Assembly: GCA_009602725.1 (NCBI GenBank)
Contig: WELB01000029.1
Coordinates: forward strand, 849,612-913,611
Length of the DNA stretch: 64,000 nt
From: Spirogloea muscicola
Lineage: Eukaryota
Reading direction: 5' to 3'
How positions within the stretch are numbered: the stretch's first letter is position 1; the number at the start of each line of letters is the position of its first letter. This document shows positions 56,483-64,000 of this stretch, one piece after another. Under the pieces are notes generated by a model. That model searched no databases and was not told where the DNA came from. It worked only from the letters and a program-made list of their open reading frames with translations. A program made the position numbers and the translations under genes.

Positions 56483-59400
56483 ATGCAGGGCCCTTACTGC
56501 AGCCCGGGAGCGGGCGGCCGCGACCTCATGTTGAGGGCGCTCGTGCAGACGACGCCGCCAGCGAGCCTCGCGGTGCCCTTCTTCGAGCCCCTGCGGGGCG
56601 CCTCCCCCCGCGTCGGCACTGGCGATGGCAGCCCCGTGACAGACGAGGCTGGCAGCAAGGTGGGACCCCCGGCCTCGCCCATCTGTTGGCCCGCTGACAC
56701 CGCCCCCGCCCGAGTGCCCTGGCCCCTCCCCTCTCCCTTGTGATGGCTGGAGCTCCCACAATCACATCGACGGGGCACATCGACGGGACAGATCCGTGTC
56801 CAGGTCGTGGCCCCGCAGCCTGTGTTGTTTGACGGCTGCTCCCTGGCCTGGTCTAGGTGCACGACTCCTGGCTGCTGACCCCGTTCCGTGCCGCTGTGTC
56901 CTGGTCAAAGAGGCCCTCTGGTCGTGGTCAGACAGGATGACGATGCCTATGCAGCCATGTATCTGTCCTGCACTGAGGCGCTAGTCACGGTTGCTGTCCC
57001 TTCCCTTAGGTCTGCATTTTCGCTTGCAGCAAGGGTGCTGCTGTCCTTGCACGGGTTTCTTGCTTGGGTGAGACATGAGGACGAGGAGGAGTAGTAGTTG
57101 GTTTGTGATTTTGGGGGGGAGAGGGGGTCTAGCATGCATGGTCTCCTCATATCAGCAGGCTATGCCTCGTCTCGTCTCGTCTCGTCTCAGAAGTATCGTG
57201 CGGATTGTGTGAGCTTTGGAAAAGTGATGGGGCATTGTCAGACGGATGGGTGCGCACCCTATCTGCGGAGTGGGCTTGCGCTGATGTCAGGTGCCTCTCT
57301 GCACATGGCCTGCTCGTGGCAGGTTCGCAAGCCGTACACTATCACCAAGCAGAGGGAGCGGTGGACTGAAGAGGAGCACCAGAAGTTCTTGGAAGCTCTC
57401 AAGCTCTATGGTCGAGCTTGGCGCAGAATTGAAGGTATGCCGCATGTGTTCCTAGGCTGGGTCGTGTTGCACCAGAACATATTGGCTGTCCACCTTGTGT
57501 ACATCATGGCTGACCATTCTCTGGCCCCACGCTTTGCTTTCACTAGATTGTGTTCTGCCAATTGTGCTAATCTCTGGTTCGCTTTTGAGTTGTCGCCACT
57601 CAATATGCCTTACCTTGGTGCCAGTGTGTGACTTGTCGAGCTGTGGTTTGAGATCATGTGTTGTTTAAGGGGTTGGAAGCACCTGTTGTATAGCACCTTG
57701 CTGACAAGAGACAGCTTGATGATCTGTATTGGCCTCTGCAGAGCACATAGGAACCAAGACTGCTGTTCAAATACGGAGTCACGCTCAAAAGTTCTTTTCC
57801 AAGGTCTCACTTCTGATCATCAGTCAACCCCCTTTTCCCTCTCCCACCCTACTGTTTTCCCCTTTCCTTCACTCCAATATCTTCCCCCTTCTTGGTTTTT
57901 GGCCACGCGTGGCTTGCTACCTCTGCGGAGTGGGGGGCTATCCCACTTTAGGAGCCGTCTGGCTCATGGAGAGCTAAGGCTGTTATTGCTAGCACCTGCA
58001 TCTGGTTGCCCTGCGTGGGGCACATGTGGGTATTGTGCACAGCGCACGTGCCGGAGCCCCACAAGACGACATTCGTCTAGACTTCCTTATGTCTTCCCTT
58101 TCTAGTACTCCCTTCTTTGCTTACCATCAGTGCAGATGGTCATTCGCCCTCAGATAGCGGTCCCTTGCTTCGTGTTGTCTGGCATGCAACTGTCCTGTGG
58201 TATGCTCATCGTAACTGGCTTTGTCAAGGCAGGGGCCTGTGTATCGCACTCATGATCTCAGTCCCTTGTCCTGCAATGTTTGCAGCTTGAGAGGAGTGCC
58301 AGGGTGCCAGGCAGCAACATGGCCTCCCCAGTGGCTGCTGACATTGACATCCCCCCTCCGCGCCCCAAAAGGAAGCCCTCTCACCCGTATCCACGCAAGG
58401 CCGGGCCGTACGCAGTGGGGCAAGGTGCCGAAGACGAGAGCAGCGGAGGTGAGAGGGGAGGTTACGTCCTGGTGCACAGCCTGAGCGCACCTGCAGGCCA
58501 CCTCGACAGCGCGCTTGCAGCAGTTGTACTCAACGATGTACCTGCCAAGGTACTGGCATCTGGCTTCTGTTCTTGTATCGTGTTGCCTCAGCACCTTCTG
58601 GGGTGCTGAAAATCATATGTTGTTGTCGATTGTTGTGGCTCGTCTCTGCTCATGCCATATCTATGGGCCTCAAGAAACAGCGACCAATTGCTCTGGGGCT
58701 ACCCAGCCGCAAGAATATCGCTGGCTCCTATTGTGCCGCATGTGAGTCAAGACCATGCCGTACATCAGCATACTTATTGTAGATGCTGCTCAACATGACG
58801 CAGGTGCAGAGGCAGCACATTTCGCCATTTCCACCCCTCCCCATGCATGCTGGGAAAGTTCCTGCCCCCCTGCCTGATCACTTGGCTCACCCCGGGCTCT
58901 CGCTAAGGCCGCCTGGTATGGCCGCGGAGGCTGCTCCACCCTCCAGCCTCAAGCTCTTCGGGCAGACAGTCACACTCCCATTGGCCCACTGTACGGGCCC
59001 CTCTGCTAGTCTTGCTGGCCAGCTTGACAGAAGCGACAGCAGGAGCACTGCTTTCGAGCGGGCGGAATCGAGCACCTCCATCGGCCTCGATACGCAAGGA
59101 TGGCAGGAGGCAGGGGCAGGCAGCGGCGAGTGCGGCAGGCCAATCTGAGCCATCTATACTTGAGTCTGAGCTGAGCACGGAGGGAGGTGCACTTCTGAAG
59201 GGCGATGCTTCGTCACGCCACACCCCGCATGGTTGGCATTGGCGTGAGGATGGCCACGCAGATGATGGCAAGCCATCTTGCGGTCCCATTGCCAGGGCCT
59301 ACAGGTGCTTTTCCTTCACAAGCTCACACTGCTGCCCGCAAATTGACATGTATTGCTGCCATCTGCTGGTTCCAGGATGTCAAGAGGCAGCATGCTCTGC

Positions 59401-62400
59401 AAGCTGTGGACAGTTTGCCATATCTTGATAGGATAGCATACATTCTGTGACATTGACTGAGGCATGTTCCCTCCTCTTCCATGCAGTGTTGAATCAAGTG
59501 CAATCAACAGTACCGCGTCACCTCCCACTGGAGGGCACCTGGCCACCACGATGTCTCTTAAGCCGGCGAATGCATACGAGCGACACCCGTACGAGGCGTC
59601 CGGCGGGCCGGTGTACTGGCACGAGGCTGCAGCTGTGGCCCATGCTCAGGCGGTTGCCGTTGCTGCCGCGGATGCAGCTGCAGCCGTGCACCAGACTGGT
59701 GCCTTTCCGCCCTGGATGCACCCCAGCTACGGGTTCCTGCCGCCTGCAGCATTTGTTCACGGGCCCTACGAGGCGGGCGTGGCGTGGGAGAGACGCCAGC
59801 AGGAATCGCTCAGTGCGCAGCCCGGCGCCCGTGCTGAGGAACGGGGTTTTACTCCATGGAGTATGGCTCCCAGCAATCAGCAGGCTGCGCTGGCCGCTGC
59901 AGCAGCCTCGCACCTCTGGCCTACTCTGCAGGGCTCCATGCCTTGTGGCGCTCCAGGTGCGCTTGGGCGAGGGCTCAATGATGGCAAGAAGGAAGAAGCT
60001 GAGGGCGCTGCGGCTGCCATGGCAGCCACACTGGCTGCTGCTTCTGCCTGGTGGGCACTGCAAGGCCAGGCGCCACCTCCCGGTTTGCTTCCACCTGGCG
60101 CGTTCGTGCTGCCCCCCCCTGGCTGTCCTCCCTCTGCTGGAGGTCCTGTGCTCGGCAGCAACGTCGGCCCTGGAGTGGTGCCGCCTTTGCAGTCACAGAT
60201 GGATGTCAAAGACAAAGGCCAGGCTCGGGAGAGAATGGCTGCAGCATATCCAGATGGGGAGGGCGCCAGCCTGGGAGGGGTGAAGGAGTCGAAGAGTGCA
60301 GAGGTGGAGGCCAGCAAGGCGAGGGAAACAGCAGACAGCCGTCGACCCCTCTCTGCCCTTGGGGCCAAGGGCGAGGCTGGTCAAGTGGTGGCAGCTCCGC
60401 TGGCTCTGGACGAGGACAACCATGCGGTGCTGCGGCTGGCCAAGCCTAGCGCTGTCCGTAGGGCAGAGCGTGCGTCAAGGCTGAGGGAGCTGAAAATACG
60501 GCGAGCACCTTCTACAGCGGCCGGGGCTGGTAAGTAGACTGGAGGAGTTCTGATGGCTCTGAAGCACGGGGACGAATGCCCTGTCATGCTCCATTGCATG
60601 CGCTCTACCTCTGCATGCTGTCAGACTGACGGGTTCCTCCCTCAGGTTGCAGCAAGGTGCAACTTTTGTAGCGAGATTGTCTTCAGGCACTTCGGCTCTC
60701 CCATTGACTTTCTGCAATATGTGCCAATATTGCAGGTCAAGCATGGCTGCCAACCTCGGACAACTTGACCATTAGGTCCAGTGCAGAACCAGCAGACAAG
60801 TCAGCGGAGCTTGGAGCTGCTGCCGGCTGCAAGGACAGGAGTAATAGAGCTGATCCGGCGGCAGCAAATCATTGTGGGGATGCTGGCAGGACCAAGGGGT
60901 CAGCTGCGGCAGGAGCGGATGGCAGCTCACAGGAAGATGAGCCGCTTTGCGCAGCCGGGAGCAACACTTTGCCTTCTCCGACATCCTTGTTAAGAGATAA
61001 GCAGCAGCCAGCCTTGGGTCCTAAGAAGCCCAGTGATCCCAGGTCGTCGAGCCCCTCGAGTGAGGAGGGCAGTGGCGAGGATGGCGAGCAGATGGAGGGC
61101 CCCAGCTCGAACTCATCGGCGTGTGGAGAACGGCAGGTGATGCGCTCGGGCTCCTCTGATGGCAACTCGTCGGACGGGCACGGCGGAAGCGGCCCCTCCG
61201 ATCGGAACAGCATGGACAGGTTGGAGCCTGGCAAAAGGCAGGAGCAAGAGGATGAGGGCAAGGTGACACCAGGTTCTGCAGCAGATAAGTGTGTGCTGCA
61301 GAGACGAGAGAGGCGGGAGAGGGCAAAGAGCGACGGCGCGAGTGGGAGGCAGAGCAAGTCGGGCAGCTGCGACCCTCAGGAGCAGGGTGCAGAGAGGCAG
61401 GACAGAGGTGGCAGCAGCAACCAGGTGCCAGAGCCAAAAGGCGATGCACACGATACATCGTTTCCAAGCATGCATGGGCGCTCCTCCTCCCCCTCCCTCG
61501 CCGAGGATGACCGCATGTACTCGTCACAAACGCAGGAGGCGCGCTCGCCTACGAGGGTGCTGCCTGGCAGCACTAAGGCTGTGCACCTGCACTACCATTG
61601 CCACTATTACAGCACCAGGAGGAGGCTTGCTGGGCCAAGGAAGACTGTCACGCAGCAGCTAATTGACATCTCTTGCAAAACAGTTGTGGAGGCTACCGAG
61701 GAGCTGGTGGAAGCCTCTAGCGGGGGAGATGATCGAGACAGAGCCCCTTCATGGATGGAGAAGGGAGGGGGCTTGAAGCCAGCCTCTAGGGATGGCGGGC
61801 TCCCATCTGGTCTCATGGATACTGAGATTCCAGAAGGAAGAAAGTCAATTGCTATCCTAGGTGACAGTCAAGCGTTTGGGTGCGTCCCCGCTGCAATGCC
61901 TGCAAGCCCTAAAGAGACCCCAAGGGATTTGAAGGTGGGTAGTAGTCTGTGTCTAACAAGCTTAGAAAAGATGCCTGTATGTTGCTGCTCATCAGGCTTA
62001 TTTGAGCTGATGTGGCTTCTGCACCGCATGGTGCTTTTGCTTTTCTGCAGAGTAACTCTATTGCATGCGTGACTTGCGGGCTTTCCTCCAGCCAATATTC
62101 CTGCTTTCTGAGGCTGTGCTCCTTTCATCTGTCTCTGCAGCAAACAGCTGCGACTGTAACTCCTACAGAGTTGCATCATGCTGCTGGCTTGTCAAGCCCA
62201 GAGCTGGGGTCTGTGCAAGCGCCCTCGACAAGCAGCCCCAGATCAGGCGGTGGAGGCGGGTTCGTGCCGTATTTGCAGAGTTTCAGCAATGGGAGCCAAT
62301 CACCTGTCGGAAGCTCTGGGGATGGTCCTTGCAAAAGAGATGGCAAGAGAGATAGAGAAGTACCAAGCAATGAAGCTGAAGTTGGATGTGAAATTTCAGA

Positions 62401-62503
62401 TCACGAACGACACATAACTGTACTAGATTCAGATTCACATCTAGGATTAGGGTCGTCATGCTTGGGTCCTCCCAAGAAAAGGCATTGCCACCAAAGGGTG
62501 TAG
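56483..62503 (+). CDS. CCA1/LHY/REVEILLE-family single-MYB (SHAQKYF-class) clock transcription factor
   Basis: [105 protein letters not shown]. True start may lie upstream; exon structure near 58990-59200 unresolved. Confidence 0.9.
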
Positions 62504-62903
62504 GTTTTGCATGGGTTTTGAAACCCTGCATAGCATGTAGCACTACCTGGTGTCATCTGCTATCATTCCACTCCTGCCGCAGTCCTCAGCCACTTGTGTA
62601 TACTTGCGAAGAAAGCCGTCTCAGCCGGTTTTCATAGTTGTCTTAATTAGACCCAAGGCACAGCACCACTTGTATGTTCAGATCTAGCTGCTTTGCCAAT
62701 CTTTGTTGTGCGAAGCCCAAGAACTTAAAATACATGTGTGAGTACCTCAAAGGTGTTGCTTTGCATACAGATGAGAGGCAGGATGCAGCGAAGCAAAGTC
62801 AATTACACGTATGTCTCGAGGCTGTAAGGATAAGTAGGGCATGAGTAGGGCATGAAGAATACATTACACATGGTAAGGGCTCTGTTGGCCTGCTGCATTT
62901 TGA

Positions 62904-63900
62904 CTACTTCTCTGGAGCTTGAAGGATGTCATTGTCACAACCATCATTGCAATCGCTACTGCATACTTCAATCTCCCCAGTAGCATCTCCGGCCGAGAAT
63001 TTATGAGGGCCAGCCAATACTGCCCTCTTACCGTCTGAATCGACGGTGCTAAGATCTATGCAGATGCTTATTGAGAACTTGATCTGAGCAGTCATCCTAG
63101 CTGCTACTTCAGTGACTTGGAATGCCACAAGCCTTTTCCCCTCGCTGGCAAAGGGTAATTGTTTGCAATGACCAGAAGGAGCAGGAGGCTGGACATACAG
63201 AAGGACAGCCTCATGACCGTAAGTCTCACCTGTATTTCTGACAGATACGACCACTTCAAAGGATGAAGTGCACGACTTCACTGCACCTGGTGACCAGATG
63301 CTGTTGGGGAAGTGTGCTCCACTACAGCAGCAGGCTTGCACTTCCTTTGGAACAGAAAGAGCGTACTGATAGGCATTGTAGGACAGCCCGTGCCCAAAGG
63401 GGAAAACTACTTCTCCTGTGTAGAAGCGGTAGGACCTTCCGGGGTAGGCTCTCGAGGAATTTGCTCTCATATGCATATCCACCATCCCGACCTGCTCTGC
63501 AAAACTCTGTGGGTACCAAGTAACTGGCAGACGCCCTCCTGCAGGCAGGGTTCAGCAGCTGATAGGTTGTAAGCAGACAAGTGGTTTGGGAGACTCAGCC
63601 CTGCCCTGAAGCTGCCCTCCTGGGCACGTTAAGGCTGTGGAAAGCCACTACTGACGGCAGACTTTGCTGATAAGATTTGGAATGTCCGTCTCAGTCAGGT
63701 ACCTGGGTTGTAATCTCCGAAGATTGCTTCAGCAATGGCCTGCCCTCCAGATTGGCCCGGATAACCAGCCCAGATGATGGCATCAATGTCATCACTATCT
63801 CGGGCAAATGAGATATCAATGGGACCTCCCGATAGGATAACAAGGACGACAGGGCCCCTTGATGCTAGTCCGACCTCTTTTACCAGCTTCTCCTGCTGTC
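62904..63900 (-). CDS. BXL: GH3 beta-xylosidase/arabinofuranosidase (BXL), last two exons; continues past the window
   Basis: [68 protein letters not shown], Fn3-like C-terminus. Confidence 0.93.
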
Positions 63901-64000
63901 CTGCATGAAGAAGCACACACGGAAAGCTTGACCACAATGTCATACAGGCCGATGGACTCCTTTCTTATCATCAAAATGCGCGGCACTCTCAGCAGGACGA

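Overview
Intron-rich eukaryotic DNA, most consistent with a streptophyte alga or early-diverging plant (PTEN-type class II formin, CCA1/LHY/RVE MYB, WEB-family protein, GH3 xylosidase, TTTAGGG-like tracts, a U12 intron); this taxon call is inference. Thirteen spliced genes are recognisable, mostly alternating in orientation: organellar MetRS, MBOAT LPCAT, WEB/DUF827-like coiled coil, HSBP, DWF5, class II formin, patatin, NAA15, Aven/CER16-like, MAPR4, LPEAT, LHY/RVE-like MYB and a partial BXL. Three N gaps fall at GC-rich gene 5' ends. The main unexplained structure is a CRE-like non-LTR retrotransposon family (RT plus restriction-like endonuclease) present only as fragments at three sites near gene 5' ends. 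One 2.4-kb site holds a dozen or more truncated 3' ends in both orientations, sharing a C-terminal peptide, a 3'-UTR stem-loop and a CTTCTCT end without poly(A). Also notable: an AT-AC intron in HSBP, a formin tail of about 24 x 23-aa charged repeats, a CaaX box on the WEB-like protein, and a hairpin-dense noncoding segment near 20.2-20.7 kb. All calls were read by eye; no searches were run.
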